Below, piece after piece: positions 63,147 through 64,000 of a stretch of 64,000 nucleotides of DNA. Every line of letters starts with the position of its first letter. The stretch's first letter is position 1. The notes below the pieces were generated by a model. It was given only the letters and a program-made list of their open reading frames with translations, had not been told where the DNA came from and searched no databases. The translations under genes were made by a program, and so were the position numbers. Origin of the DNA: Schmidtea polychroa (lineage: Eukaryota); NCBI GenBank assembly GCA_044892525.1, contig CM097885.1:157108001-157172000 (forward strand), given 5' to 3'.

Positions 63147-64000
63147 CAAACAGAAAGAATATAATCAACTCTTTTATTGTTAGAGAGTTCAATTAAATTA
63201 TTATTTGACTAAGTAGGCGTGAATATTTTATTATCGATATTAATAATAATTATTTAAATTATTTTTAAAAAGCAGTTTGTTTAAATTATAGAAAAAACTG
63301 ACATTTTTGAATTTAAATAAATGAATATTAACTCTTATATTTATTAACAGCTTAACAATGCCAACTATGACTAAAGTTAAAAAACGGGAATTCTAATCCC
63401 GAGAATCCCAAATCTCGAGAAACAAGATATTCAAAAATCTCGAATCTCGAAAAAATCATGCTAGAGAATAAAAAAATCTATTTAATTATATAATATAATT
63501 CTCATATATTATTTAATGGATACCCTAGTAAATCATAGGGTTAGAATTATGGAGAACTAACTACGAAAACACTAGCAGAAATTTATAGTAGATCTATTGT
63601 ATGAAAAGTAAAGGAGAACTAACAAAAACTGTTTTCATTGCTTTTTTTCATTTTATTTTGAATTCATTCATCCCATTTTACCAAATGTTGCCTTGCAGAG
63701 ACAGCAGATATTGGAACGTTCCCTGTGATAATTGTCAATAAAAACTGGCGTTGAGAGCCACCAAATTCTTTGTAGTAATCCGTTTGCTTTCGTGTTAACC
63801 ACTTGCAACCAAAAGTGGTTTTGGGAAATTAATTCTCATAAAATTTATGGAATGCTACTTGGGAGATTTAATTTAAGCCGTGAGAAATTCTTTCCCACTT
63901 GAATGGGAAAAATAATTCAATCGATTCAATGTTCTCAGCGTGTCATATTGTTCCTATATACATAATTTTTTCAGTAAATACTAAATTAAAAATTTCTTTG

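Overview
Very AT-rich eukaryotic (animal) genomic DNA from a draft assembly with four N gaps. The 41-77 nt introns and shrunken extracellular-matrix gene suggest a compact or reduced animal lineage; a myxozoan-like parasite is one guess and cannot be proven from this window. Host genes: (1) a complete 17-exon, 739-aa miniature fibrillin (32829-47542, +); (2) an intronless 130-aa four-TM orphan ORF (25351-25743). Most other recognisable sequence is mobile DNA: one intact 3.34-kb hAT element (perfect TIRs, perfect 8-bp TSD, 599-aa transposase), decayed pogo, mariner, IS630/Tc1, Buster-hAT, piggyBac, Ty3/gypsy and Penelope-like copies, and several MITE families with readable TSDs. Two things stand out as unexplained. 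First, two diverged GC-rich cassettes (about 6.9-8.1 kb and 13.5-14.9 kb) each encode a coiled-coil/basic protein sharing the motif LKR-x5-EGTWFSP-x2-MK, and each is followed 280-390 nt downstream by the same covarying two-stem structure with an invariant AGUACCAA/G internal loop. Second, a 1.1-kb TA-targeting TIR element (two copies) carries a 4-exon gene encoding only an acidic region plus a transposase-type HTH with no catalytic domain, like a repressor. All annotation was done by eye; no searches were run.
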